DNA of 64,000 nucleotides from Nitrospirota bacterium (GTDB taxonomy: Bacteria > Nitrospirota > Thermodesulfovibrionia > Thermodesulfovibrionales > UBA9159): contig CAVOUE010000004.1 in the NCBI GenBank assembly GCA_963699545.1, positions 128,001 to 192,000 of the forward strand. Reading direction: 5' to 3'. The position numbers were made by a program, and so were the translations under genes. This document shows positions 19,948-30,244 of the stretch, piece after piece; the stretch's first letter is position 1, and each line of letters begins with the position of its first letter. The notes beneath the pieces are model-generated. The model saw only the letters and a list, made by a program, of their open reading frames with translations, ran no database searches and was not told the DNA's origin.

Positions 19948-20859
19948 ATGGGCATCTTGACTTCGAAATTATTTACAAATGCCGACCAAGCCACTGTAAC
20001 AAAGCTTGAGGATTGTGCAACCGGACAACCCAACGAGGCTCAGAGCCACTTCACGATCGGTCAGACCGGCGAGCACATCAAGAAGGTTCAAGAGGCGCTC
20101 AAATCGGTTCAAGAAGAAAATCCAGGCCTTGGTATACCGGAATTCTCAGTGAATGGAGTTTACGATCAGGAATTCGCCAACGCGATACGCGTCTACAAAA
20201 CGAAGAGAGATATCCGAAACTTCGCGAACCAGATTGACGACATTGTCGGCGTAAAAACGATCCGCAGCCTCGACGAGGAAAACAAGAGCGATCCGCCGAA
20301 AGTCAATCCAAGTCCATCACCGACGCCAAGGAAGCCGGGCGAATTTCCAAGGCCGCTCCCAAACTGTGTGCCTGATTCTGATTGTCCATCCTCAAGAGAC
20401 TTTGATGTGACCCTGTTAACCGGTTTGTCTGGAGGGGAGGTCGTGGAAATTGGTAAATTCTTTTTTACAATCCGAGATACAACGAACGGTTTATCTACAA
20501 CTTATCTCCTCATGGTTGGTGGTTTCGGGGCCGGTAGCCCAATCAGCGTGGCCGTTGGGGGCGGCACAAAGCACTTCACAACGAGCCAACCGGTTCGGGT
20601 CACCCGATTCGGACCATTTGGCAGCATCGGCTCCGCCACAAACGTTGCGGGAGTTCCAGTGAATTTTGCACTGCTAGTTTTGGGCTTTCATCCAGATGGC
20701 CTGGTTCCCCGCCCGACTGCACCGATAATGATCGATACGGGACCAATTCCAATACCAGGTGCCAGCATCCTCGCAGGACAATTGAAGATCCTAAGCCTTT
20801 GCAACGGGCAGCCCGGAGCAACGCGTCGGGTCCTGGGCATCAACGACCTTCCATCATGA
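19948..20859 (+). CDS. Peptidoglycan-binding-domain protein with unknown C-terminal domain
   Basis: GQTGEHIKKVQEAL...NGVYDQEFANAIRVYK...DDIVGVKTIRSLD; Pro-rich linker; AAGGAG RBS. Confidence 0.7.
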   Translation: MGILTSKLFTNADQATVTKLEDCATGQPNEAQSHFTIGQTGEHIKKVQEALKSVQEENPGLGIPEFSVNGVYDQEFANAIRVYKTKRDIRNFANQIDDIVGVKTIRSLDEENKSDPPKVNPSPSPTPRKPGEFPRPLPNCVPDSDCPSSRDFDVTLLTGLSGGEVVEIGKFFFTIRDTTNGLSTTYLLMVGGFGAGSPISVAVGGGTKHFTTSQPVRVTRFGPFGSIGSATNVAGVPVNFALLVLGFHPDGLVPRPTAPIMIDTGPIPIPGASILAGQLKILSLCNGQPGATRRVLGINDLPS

Positions 20860-20944
20860 CGGCAGCGTGAGGAGAGGATCGCTGCGCGGGTGCCAGTGCT
20901 CTTCGATTTGCAGGCAGGGAAAAACACTGAAGACAGAAGACCCA

Positions 20945-21068
20945 GCCCAACAAGCGGTTCAAGCCGACACGAACAAGCGGCGGGTTTTCGGCGTGCGAAG
21001 GTCTTTCGCTTCGTTGATCGTCTTTCGTGGTTCGCGCCGCTTGTCCGTGCGGCTTAACCTGGGCGCTC
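20945..21068 (+). mobile_element. attC-like integron recombination site (degenerate R' end)
   Basis: GCCCAAC R''; left arm GGTTCAAGCCGACACGAACAAGCGGCG pairs with right arm CGCCGCTTGTCCGTG-CGGCTT-AACC leaving two unpaired bases; GCT where GTT is expected. Confidence 0.6.
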
Positions 21069-21268
21069 CCCACTCGCTCCGCTCGTGGGGACGTATAAAC
21101 GCTGACTAGACACCGTTCGGTCGGATACTCTTATGAGCGACGAGGTCGATCTAGCGCTCAGGCGTGTCGCGGCGCATTTGAGCGAGACGCTGACGGCGCT
21201 CGACGGTCTCAACGACTTCTATCAATCTAGCGGACATTTTACTGGTAACTGAAAGGAGGAATATAACA

Positions 21269-22789
21269 ATGAGCATTGCCGCGCGTGCCTTCATGGATCC
21301 AAGGAACACGTACATCGTCGACAACAACGATCCTACAGCGTTCGACAAGTCGTTTGCGGGGATCACTGGTACCCATCCAGAGCAGCGGTGCTGCGGGGAC
21401 TGGGCACCCTACTGGAAGACCTTTAGCGGCCTTTACGTTCAGGTCCCAGATAGACCCGAGGCGCCATACTGGAAGCGGATCCCAGAGGGAGGATATGCTG
21501 AGCTTTGGTGTCACGAGTGCAGCACCGCCCTCGAAAGAGGGTGGTCGGAGTTCCTTGGCGGGCTTGAGTTCTCTCTCCAGCAGATAGCTCCAGCCCTCAG
21601 GGCCGTAGCGATGGTCGCCTCGTACATGCCCGGCGCCGGAACGGCCGTCAGCGTTGTCATCAACACGTCCCTGACCCTCGCGGAAGGGGGTTCTGTCGAG
21701 GAGGCTGCTGTAAGCGCCCTTCGAGGTGCCCTGCCAGGCCAGCCCGCCTCGGGTGCAGCCTTCGACGCGGCTCGCTCGATCGTGAGGGGTGACTCTATAG
21801 GCAAGATAGCCATCGACGGGCTCATCGGAGGGATTTCTAACGATCCATCCGTTAGGAAGCACATCGGTACTGCCATCGACATCGCCAAGGACGTGATCGA
21901 TGGGAAGCGTATAGACACCCTAGCTCTGGAGAAGATCAAGGAGAACCTTCCCGACTCGGCCAAGGGCCTGCTGGACGTGGCCCGATCCGTGGCCGAGGGA
22001 AAAGACGTAGAAGACATCGCCATCCGAGCGGCAGATGCGGCATCAGGGATCACGGGCGCGGGATCTCTGGAGGCCGCACAGGCTCTTCGTCGTGCGGCAG
22101 AAGAAGCGCGCAGCAAGGGACAGGCCGCCGTCGACCAGTTCATGGCTCAGGTAGCTTTCCATGGAGTGCTCAGCCAAGTGCCCGGAGCTTTCCGCGAGGC
22201 TGTCATGGCAGGCCTGATCACGGGCCAAACAGAGAAACTACAGTTTATCGGCACATTCGGATCGGTGCCCGAGAAGAACGTGCCGGTCAATGACAGCTAC
22301 TTTCAAACAGGGCAGAGGCTCATCGATTCGGGTGCGAAGTACAAGGGCAATCTCATCTCCGACATTCTCAACGGCGGTGTGTTCACCATCGACATCGACC
22401 AGCTCGATGCCCTGAATGGTGTGTGGGGCAAGCGAACGGTTACCTACAAGGCGAATGGGCCTTGGACTTCCAGTGAAAGGCCGTTGACGGACGCATGGCG
22501 CCGAGGCTTTACCATCGCCTTCGGAGTTTGCGATGGTTCGTCCGAGCGAGATCCCGGTCAAACGGCGGTCTACCAGACGATGGCCGAGGCGGGGGGGCGG
22601 GCCGGATTCGACGCCGGACAAGCGGTGCAATTTGCCCGTACCAAAGCCGCCGCCAACTCCATCATAGACAAGCTTCAGGCCCAAGAAGGGTTCGCGGCGG
22701 AACAAGCGGCCAAAACCGACCGTTCCGTCAGAGACAAGCTTAAGAAGTTCGGGGACCAACGTACCTCAGCCCGGAAAAAACCGCATTAG
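21269..22789 (+). CDS. Hypothetical 506-aa protein
   Basis: Long ORF with AAGGAGG RBS; Cys/Trp-rich N-terminus and Ala/Gly-rich hydrophobic helices. Confidence 0.75.
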   Translation: MSIAARAFMDPRNTYIVDNNDPTAFDKSFAGITGTHPEQRCCGDWAPYWKTFSGLYVQVPDRPEAPYWKRIPEGGYAELWCHECSTALERGWSEFLGGLEFSLQQIAPALRAVAMVASYMPGAGTAVSVVINTSLTLAEGGSVEEAAVSALRGALPGQPASGAAFDAARSIVRGDSIGKIAIDGLIGGISNDPSVRKHIGTAIDIAKDVIDGKRIDTLALEKIKENLPDSAKGLLDVARSVAEGKDVEDIAIRAADAASGITGAGSLEAAQALRRAAEEARSKGQAAVDQFMAQVAFHGVLSQVPGAFREAVMAGLITGQTEKLQFIGTFGSVPEKNVPVNDSYFQTGQRLIDSGAKYKGNLISDILNGGVFTIDIDQLDALNGVWGKRTVTYKANGPWTSSERPLTDAWRRGFTIAFGVCDGSSERDPGQTAVYQTMAEAGGRAGFDAGQAVQFARTKAAANSIIDKLQAQEGFAAEQAAKTDRSVRDKLKKFGDQRTSARKKPH

Positions 22790-22798
22790 CCCTGAGAA

Positions 22799-23320
22799 AT
22801 GAATATGAATACGATGAAATGCTGGCTGTGTGATCCAGCTCAATATGCCTGGCTTGAATATGGTGACTTGCGTGTCCCAAGGTTGCTATTCGAGGACGAA
22901 CATACTTTTGTTATCATCCCGCGTGAGTCCCATGTCAAGCATCATCTTCTAGTCGCTCTGAAAGAAAAGAGAGGACAGCACAGGCGGGGTTTGATTGACT
23001 GCTCAGCTGAAGAGTTGGCTTATCTTGGTTCAACAATCTCATATTGGTGTGTCGTTCTCAAAAGAATGAAATATGACACCATGTATGCTGGTTGCTATTC
23101 TGACGAGGGTCACATGCATTTCCATCTTATCCCGCTGAGTCATACAAAGGATAAAGGATCGGCTGGTAGCGCGATGCAATGGCTTGCTGAAAAAGAGAAG
23201 TTATCCGATCTTAATCAATTTACTGAGATGTCTGATGCTCAAAAACGAGAAAGACTAACCACCGTGGAAACGCTCGTATATGAAATAAAGAAGATTGAAA
23301 AGGGCGAATCGGTTGAGTGA
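22799..23320 (+). CDS. Divergent HIT-like protein
   Basis: CWLC, HHLLV, HMHFHLIP triad; visibly more AT-rich than the upstream gene. Confidence 0.7.
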   Translation: MNMNTMKCWLCDPAQYAWLEYGDLRVPRLLFEDEHTFVIIPRESHVKHHLLVALKEKRGQHRRGLIDCSAEELAYLGSTISYWCVVLKRMKYDTMYAGCYSDEGHMHFHLIPLSHTKDKGSAGSAMQWLAEKEKLSDLNQFTEMSDAQKRERLTTVETLVYEIKKIEKGESVE

Positions 23321-23629
23321 GCCGACGATGAGGAAAAGAACGCCACTTACGCAGGCCATTGCGAAGGAAGTTCTGGAGGATTTATATCTCGTCAAGGGCC
23401 AAATCTTTGGAAGATATCGCTCGTCAGTTTAACTGCACCAGACCAATGATCCAATTTATTATGGAAAAGCACGGCATCGAAAGACGCAGACGCTCTCAGG
23501 CGCGTGTTCTGGCAATAAAACATGAAGAACAGAAAAGGGGACAGGCTAGTTTATTTGAATGAATGATGGCAAGCGATGAGAAGACAGAGAATCACGAGGA
23601 ACTGTCACCGCAACTACTGACTATTGAGG

Positions 23630-24961
23630 TTATTCCTCCTTGAGCAATCTCCAGAGGCTCGTTCTCGATATACCGAGGATCTCTGCCGCCTTTGATCTGT
23701 TGCCACCGACCGTCTCAAGGATCTTCTCGGCATAGTCCTTGTTCAGTTCGTCAATAGTCAGCACCTGGCCCGGCTCGCGAGTTTCGATCTGGAACATGGT
23801 GAGGCTCTGGGGCAGACTCTCCGGTGTGATCACAGGGGTCTTCTCCAGTATTATCGCCCTTTCGATGATATTCTCCAGTTCCCTCACGTTGCCGGGGAAG
23901 CTGTAGCGCATGAGGATCTCCATGGCCGGTTTCGCCATGCCCGTTATCTTTTTGCCCGACTTGGGAATGTGTTTCTGGAGCAGGTACGATGCAAGGGGTT
24001 CGATGTCGTCTTTTCTGTCCCTCAGTGCGGGAATGAATATCTCCATGACGTTCAGTCGGTAATAGAGGTCTTCCCTGAACCTGCCCTCTGAGATAAGGTT
24101 CTTTACCGGCTGATTCGTGGCAGCGACGAACCGCACATTCACCCTGATCGGCCTGGTCCCGCCCACTCTGTAGAATTCTCCCTCTTCGATCACCTTCAGG
24201 AGCTTTGCCTGGAGGTTCGGCGCCATCTCGGATATCTCGTCAAGGAAGAGGGTCCCCTGATCAGCGATCTCCACCAGTCCCTGTTTCGTCCTCACCGCGC
24301 CGGTGAAGGCCCCTTTTTCATGCCCGAAGAGCTCGCTGGCGAGGAGGTCTTCCGTCAGGGTCGCGCAATTGATCGAGAGGAAGGGCATGTTCTGCCTTCT
24401 GCTGGTAAAATGTATGATCTTGGCGAGGAGGCTCTTGCCGACCCCTGTTTCGCCGGTGAGCAGCACATTGCAGTCCGAGTCCTTTATCCCTTCAATGACC
24501 TCCAGGATCTTCTTCATGCTCTCGCTCTTGGCGATGACGGAGATCGTCTTGTTCATTCCGAAGTAGGCCTTCAATGCCACGTTTTCTTTCCTCAGGACCT
24601 TTCGCTCGTGGATGTTCTTGACCTTCAGGATGAGTTCGTCAAGGTCAAAGGGTTTGGTGATGTATTCGTAGGCGCCTTTTTTCATCGCCTCCACCGCCGC
24701 ACCGATGCTGCCGAAACCGGTCACGATCATTACCTCGATCTCCGGGTCTTTTTCCTTCGCCCTTTCGAGCAGTTCGATCCCGTTCATCTCGGGCATCCTG
24801 ACATCAGTGATGAGGACGTCGAAATCATCGCGCGTGATCTGCTCAAGGGCCTCACGTCCGTTGCGGGTGCCCGTCACGTCGTATCCTTCTCTCTTGAGAG
24901 TGTTGACGAGGTGCTTGAGGGTTATTTCCTCGTCCTCAGCGATAATTATCTTGAAATTCAT
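23630..24961 (-). CDS. NtrC-family sigma54 response regulator
   Basis: REC, GETGVGKS, GAFTGA, FPGNVRELEN, HTH. Confidence 0.95.
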   Translation of the reverse strand: MNFKIIIAEDEEITLKHLVNTLKREGYDVTGTRNGREALEQITRDDFDVLITDVRMPEMNGIELLERAKEKDPEIEVMIVTGFGSIGAAVEAMKKGAYEYITKPFDLDELILKVKNIHERKVLRKENVALKAYFGMNKTISVIAKSESMKKILEVIEGIKDSDCNVLLTGETGVGKSLLAKIIHFTSRRQNMPFLSINCATLTEDLLASELFGHEKGAFTGAVRTKQGLVEIADQGTLFLDEISEMAPNLQAKLLKVIEEGEFYRVGGTRPIRVNVRFVAATNQPVKNLISEGRFREDLYYRLNVMEIFIPALRDRKDDIEPLASYLLQKHIPKSGKKITGMAKPAMEILMRYSFPGNVRELENIIERAIILEKTPVITPESLPQSLTMFQIETREPGQVLTIDELNKDYAEKILETVGGNRSKAAEILGISRTSLWRLLKEE

Positions 24962-26528
24962 TACGGCCTTTCCCCCGACGGCAGCACGATGGTGAATGTT
25001 GTCCCCTTGCCCTCCGTGCTCTCCGCCCTGATGTCGCCCCCGTGCTTTTGTATGACGTTGAAGACAATGGCGAGACCGAGCCCCGTGCCTTTGTCTCTTG
25101 TAGTATAGAACGGCTCAAATATCTTTTCTATGGTGTCCGACGGGATTCCCGCGCCTGAGTCGGACACCCTGATTTCGACCACCTCTCCTTTTCGCTGCAC
25201 CGCAACCTTCAGTTCCCCGGAGCCGGACATGGCAGCGACGGCGTTCGTGAAGAGATTGATGAAGACCCTCTCCAGCTGCTCGCGGTCAGCAGAGACTCGT
25301 ATCCCTTCAGGCTCAGTTCTCCATGGTGAACGTTACCCGATAGGTGTCTGTGGCGGTACTGACAAGCTTGTACGCCCCCATGATCAGCTCGTTCAGTTCC
25401 ACTTCCACGAAGACAGGGTTCCTTCCCCTGGCGAATTCCAGGAGGTCGCCCACAATGCCCTTTACCCTGATGGTCTGGCCGACAATGTCGCCCACTGTCT
25501 CCCTGATCACGGGAGAGGGGGTCTCCCCTTGTTTCCCGGGCAAGTATCTGGGCCGAGATATAGATGTTATTGAGGGGGTTGTTCAACTCGTGGGCAACCC
25601 CTGAGGCCAGGGTCCCGATGGCTGCCAGTTTCTTGGTCTGGAGAAGTTCCTGGTTCTTCTTCTCTATCTCTGCCTCTCTCTCGGAGAGCTGCTCTTCCAT
25701 TCCATTGAATTTCCTCATCAGCATTCCCACCTCGTCACGCCCCGAGGGAACGGGCATTCTGGAGAAGTCCCCCTTTCCGGTCCTTTCCACCAGATCGATC
25801 ACTTCTCTCAGACGTTTTACCACATTGTTGCTTATCACAAAGAGCGTGCCGATCCCGAGTATCAGGAAAAAGGGGAAGAAGATGAGAATGGCGACCTGCG
25901 AGATGCGGATAACCCTTTCGACGTTCTCCCTCGCGACCTTATCGAGTTCCTTGGAAAAGACCAGGATGTCTTCGCCGTACTTTCTGAGGACGATTATGTC
26001 CGAATCCAATGTCCTCAGCGCTGTCAGCGTCTCATGATCGGGAGCGAGGGTGAAGACTTCTTTCAGGAACTCTTCAACCTTAAGGGGCTGTTCCAGAAAC
26101 GTTGATTCAAGGAGAGGAAAGACTCTGGCGTAACTCTTATGCGTTACCCTGAGATTCCGGAAATGTTCCGAGACACCCGCAGCGAGCAGCTCAATATGAT
26201 TAAATCGCCACTCATATTCGTGCAGGCTTTTCTTTAGCTGTGACAATTCGCCGGACTTATCCATGAAAAGATTTTCATTGATGATGCTGTTCAGCTCTGC
26301 GAGGTATCGGTGAAGTGCCTGTGATTCTCCCGGGGCAGGGCCGTAGAGGAAGAAATTCTTTTCATGTCTCCTGAGCTGAAGCGATTTGCTTCTTATGGTG
26401 TCAGTGACCTCCAGATACCTTATTTCGTTCCTGATCTCGATAAAATTGATGTATTCGAACACTGCAAGGGCGCCTATGACGAATGCACTGATGACAAAGC
26501 TGAGAGCTATCTTCTTCTTAAGTGACAT
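24961..26528 (-). CDS. HAMP sensor histidine kinase (frameshifted)
   Basis: LQLRRHEKNFFLY, AHELNNPLNNI, DSGAGI, GTGLGL spread over three or more frames. Confidence 0.8.
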
Positions 26529-26589
26529 AGGATTCAGAGTCTCCGCACGCTATTTTATACCATTTCTCCCTGTAAAGTATAAGCAGGGC

Positions 26590-27243
26590 TTACCGGGACG
26601 CCCTGCGTGCGTACCTGATGTATCTGAAAAGGAAGTAGAGCGCCAGGAAGGTCACGGCAAGGAAAATCGCAACGTGTTCAATTCGGGAGATGTCCTTTTT
26701 AATGATCTGGAGACTGTTCCCTCCCATGTAGCCGGCACCGACCATGAGCGCGATAGTGAAGGATGCGGAGACAGCGTCTGTCAACAGGAATTTCAGTACG
26801 GACATCCTCATCACTCCCGCCGCGAGAAGTATCTGGGCCCGTAACCCGATGAGATGCCTCCCGAAGAGCACGACAAGAACTCCTCTTTTCGTAAACTTCT
26901 TTTCCAGGAACGAAAGCTTTTCAGGGGATATGATCTTCTGGAACCGCTTATGGGTGACGATCATGCGGCCGTATTTCCTTCCCACGAAATAGAGGAGGAG
27001 ATCGGTGAGCAAGACCCCGGCATAGACGACAAGCAGGGCAGGGGCCGGTCTTACCACATCAGTGGATATCAGAAATCCGCACAGAATGAGGGTCGTATCT
27101 TCCGGAAAAGGAAACCCGATGCCTCCGAGAACAAGAAGGACAAGAAGTCCCAGATACGGGAATTGCTCGATGATGGGTGTAAGCTGAAGCATGGGAGCAG
27201 CACAGTCGCCTGCAACAGGAACCGCGACGCTTGTTGCAGGCAT
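26590..27243 (-). CDS. DedA-family membrane protein
   Basis: GIGFPFPED, D...YFVGR.YG, FGR.LIGLR...AG. Confidence 0.9.
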   Translation of the reverse strand: MPATSVAVPVAGDCAAPMLQLTPIIEQFPYLGLLVLLVLGGIGFPFPEDTTLILCGFLISTDVVRPAPALLVVYAGVLLTDLLLYFVGRKYGRMIVTHKRFQKIISPEKLSFLEKKFTKRGVLVVLFGRHLIGLRAQILLAAGVMRMSVLKFLLTDAVSASFTIALMVGAGYMGGNSLQIIKKDISRIEHVAIFLAVTFLALYFLFRYIRYARRASR

Positions 27244-27247
27244 TATT

Positions 27248-27697
27248 TCATTTTCTCACGACGAGCACAGGTATCTTGGCGTCTTTATGCAGCACGCCGT
27301 AGGTCACGCTTCCGAGTACTGCTGCCCTCATGGCCCCCCTTCCGCGGGAACCAAGGACGATGAGGTCGGCCTTTGATTTCATTGCCTCCTTGACGATTTC
27401 ATCCACCGGGTGTCCCGACCTGATAACTTTCCTGAATCTGACGCCGCTCCTTCTACACAATTTTTCAGCCCTTTCCAGGTACGCCTCTGCAGCCTGTCTC
27501 AAGTAATCTTCTACCGGCTCTATGAGCCTGGTCGGTGCAGAAACGGCGGGGATTGACTGGGTCAATAAAGGACTTCTGTCGATCACGCTGAGCACGGTGA
27601 TCGCGGCGCCTGCCTCGTTCGCAAGCCCGACTGCATATTTGACCGCTTTCCATGCGGTTTCAGAACCGTCTGTTGCTGCGAGTATTTTAGAAATCAT
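27248..27697 (-). CDS. Universal stress protein
   Basis: KILAATDGSE, DLIVLGSRGR..VLGSV, PVLVV. Confidence 0.95.
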   Translation of the reverse strand: MISKILAATDGSETAWKAVKYAVGLANEAGAAITVLSVIDRSPLLTQSIPAVSAPTRLIEPVEDYLRQAAEAYLERAEKLCRRSGVRFRKVIRSGHPVDEIVKEAMKSKADLIVLGSRGRGAMRAAVLGSVTYGVLHKDAKIPVLVVRK

Positions 27698-27777
27698 ACA
27701 TCCTCCTTTTGCTGCGGCAATACTCTTCCTCCTTTAGTCACTGTATCACAAACAGAGACTCCGTCAAACTGTACCTT

Positions 27778-28290
27778 TCAGAGGGAATTCCTCTCCAGAC
27801 GTTTTCCCATGGTCCGTATGCCGCCCATGGAGCCCAGTTCCTCAAATCCGAGCTTTTTCCAAAATGAGATGGACGGATGATTATCAGCTTTGATCGAGAC
27901 GACAAGTTTCTTTATGAATGAAGAACGCCAAAGGTTTGTGGTAAACGCGGTGTAAGCCTTACCCCCGTATCCATGACGCCTGTCTCGGCTGTCGGATACG
28001 ATGAGGGTGATCTCAGCAGATTCCTCGCCTAGATTATAGAGTCCGATGAAGCCTATGCACTTTGATTCAACTTCTATGCAGAACAGGATCGTATACGTTC
28101 TTTTCAGCCACCACCAGACCGAAAGACACCCTCCTGACAGCAGCTTTCCCGGTCCGGCAGTCCTCAAGACATCTTCACTGCATAACCACTCCCGGATGAG
28201 AGGAGCGTCAATGATCTTCAGAGGCCTCAGTCTGACGCCGTCATGCTCAATGCGTCTCGGGATCCTGAAAGAGAGAAGTGGCGGTCTCAC
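27778..28290 (-). CDS. GNAT (RimJ/RimL-type) acetyltransferase
   Basis: VRLRPL, IGFIGL, RRHGYG, NHPSISFWKKLGF. Confidence 0.8.
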   Translation of the reverse strand: MRPPLLSFRIPRRIEHDGVRLRPLKIIDAPLIREWLCSEDVLRTAGPGKLLSGGCLSVWWWLKRTYTILFCIEVESKCIGFIGLYNLGEESAEITLIVSDSRDRRHGYGGKAYTAFTTNLWRSSFIKKLVVSIKADNHPSISFWKKLGFEELGSMGGIRTMGKRLERNSL

Positions 28291-28296
28291 CCCGAA

Positions 28297-29151
28297 CTAC
28301 GACCTTACCACCAACACCGGACAGGGTGCATGACCGATGACCTTTTCAGCGACACTTCCCATGAGGAGTCTCTTCAGCCCGGTCCTGCCGTGAGAGCTCA
28401 TGACAATGATATTCACACCCTCTTTTTTCGCAAGGTCAGTAATGATCTGGTACGCGTCGCCTTCTCCCACAAAGCTCTCCGCCTTTATTCCCTCCGTTTC
28501 TGCCTGGAGCCTGATATCCCTAACATACCCCTTTGCCTTGCTGATCATCTCGTCCACGGCATTGGGGGCCTCCGCGTAAAACTCGGAAGGGACATCAACT
28601 ACTGACACCACCCTCAGTTCACCTCCATAAGACCTCGCAAAGTCAATGGCCCTCTCTGCCGCAATCCTGCTGTACCGGGAACCGTCAGTGGCGATGAGGA
28701 TCTTTTCCCATCCGACACGTGAACCATTGGGAACGACGAGGACATCTCTCTGACTGTGGCCGATGACCCTTGCCGTGACGCTGCCCATCAGAGATTTTTC
28801 GAGATGACGCGTCCCTTTTCTTCCCATGATGACCAGGTCGCAGTTCTCAGCATCCGCGAGGTCAACAATCCTCTCGTAGGGCTCGCCTTCTTCTTCGATG
28901 GATTTTATCAAAGCCCTCTCGGTATTCGCGATTTCCTTCGCGACCCCAAGGGCCTTTTCAAAGGGTTGTCTCAGGGCTGTCCGTATATCCGGCACGCCCA
29001 CAAGTTCCAGGTCCCCCTCGAAGGAGGGTATCACCGAGACGACAGTGATCCAGCTTTTCTCGTTGGAAGCAAGCTTAAAGGACTCCCGGAGAGCGTGGAG
29101 GCTGGATTCTGAGCCGTCCACGCCAACGAGTAGCTTCCGGTATCTTCCCAT
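28297..29151 (-). CDS. Tandem-domain universal stress protein
   Basis: Two USP domains: VGVDGSE and ATDGS; LMGSV twice. Confidence 0.95.
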   Translation of the reverse strand: MGRYRKLLVGVDGSESSLHALRESFKLASNEKSWITVVSVIPSFEGDLELVGVPDIRTALRQPFEKALGVAKEIANTERALIKSIEEEGEPYERIVDLADAENCDLVIMGRKGTRHLEKSLMGSVTARVIGHSQRDVLVVPNGSRVGWEKILIATDGSRYSRIAAERAIDFARSYGGELRVVSVVDVPSEFYAEAPNAVDEMISKAKGYVRDIRLQAETEGIKAESFVGEGDAYQIITDLAKKEGVNIIVMSSHGRTGLKRLLMGSVAEKVIGHAPCPVLVVRS

Positions 29152-29154
29152 GCC

Positions 29155-30243
29155 TTATATCTTACCATGCTCCAGAACTTCCTGTGCCGCCTGACGCTCC
29201 GCCCTGCGTCCCTGCCACATGGCCTTCAGGATTATAAAGGCTCCGGAAAGGAGGGCAAATGCCATTATAGCAAAGCTTGTGCTCTTCAATATTTTCACCG
29301 CAGACTCACTTAGTGTCCCTATGATCCCCAGTTGTGACATATAAACCGGTACCATCAATCCGCGGCTGAAAAGAACAATAACCATTATTACGCCCATGAC
29401 CATTTTAATCATGACGGGCTTTACGTAAGTGGTTCCCATGGCGCCCAACTGGATGCCGAAGAGAGAGCCTGCCAGGATGATCATGGCGAGTCTGATGTCG
29501 ACCAAACCATGCATAGCATATTTGAATGATCCCCCGAGGCCCATAACAAACGCTATCACCAGTTCCGATGCAGAGGCCATCAAACTTGGCGCGCCAAGGA
29601 CATAAATCATGGCGGGGACGCCGATGAAACCTCCCACCGCAATGGTCGCTGCCAGCATGCCTGTTGCGAAACCGAGAGGTATAGTAAAGAGCACGGAAAT
29701 CTTCGCATTCAAGCACTTGAAATAAACCATAGTGCCGGGAATATTTATGGACTGCACCCAGTGCGCCAGTTTGGTAACCGTTTCTTCCTCATGCGAGGTT
29801 CCTGACCTGTTGGTCTTCCATGCATCCCGAAGCACAAAGCCGCCCACAACCGCCAGTATCACGACGAAAGCCGCGCTCACGTAAAGGTTTGAGCCTGCTT
29901 CTCCAAATGCCTTCTTGATGCTCTCCTGGATATGGGCGCCATAGAGAACGCCTGCCTCAGCAGAAATGCCGAGGACTATGCCCATCTTGACGTCAACCTG
30001 TCCGTATTTTGCGCGCTTGAGAGCACCGATAAGCGCTTTCGGGAACTTATGGCACATATTACTTGCCACGGCTACAAGTCCGGGCACGCCCATGCTCATC
30101 ATCGCAGGCGTGAGAACAAAAGCGCCACCTGAGCCGATAAATCCACTCACAAGACCCCCGACGAATCCTACGAAGAAAAGGTAGATGATATGTGCGGTAT
30201 CGAGATTGATGAAATTGGATGCCTGATTTACTATGTCGTGCAC
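29155..30243 (-). CDS. TauE/SafE-family exporter
   Basis: SGFIGSGGAFVLTP, AVGGFIGVP; multi-TM. Confidence 0.85.
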   Translation of the reverse strand: MHDIVNQASNFINLDTAHIIYLFFVGFVGGLVSGFIGSGGAFVLTPAMMSMGVPGLVAVASNMCHKFPKALIGALKRAKYGQVDVKMGIVLGISAEAGVLYGAHIQESIKKAFGEAGSNLYVSAAFVVILAVVGGFVLRDAWKTNRSGTSHEEETVTKLAHWVQSINIPGTMVYFKCLNAKISVLFTIPLGFATGMLAATIAVGGFIGVPAMIYVLGAPSLMASASELVIAFVMGLGGSFKYAMHGLVDIRLAMIILAGSLFGIQLGAMGTTYVKPVMIKMVMGVIMVIVLFSRGLMVPVYMSQLGIIGTLSESAVKILKSTSFAIMAFALLSGAFIILKAMWQGRRAERQAAQEVLEHGKI

Positions 30244-30244
30244 G

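Noticed and set aside
21133-21252. 39-aa ORF after the attC-like site
   Set aside because: No RBS and no recognisable motif.
23359-23562. 67-aa HTH-like ORF
   Set aside because: TTG start with no RBS, and it runs into the GGGGACA motif; probably a remnant.
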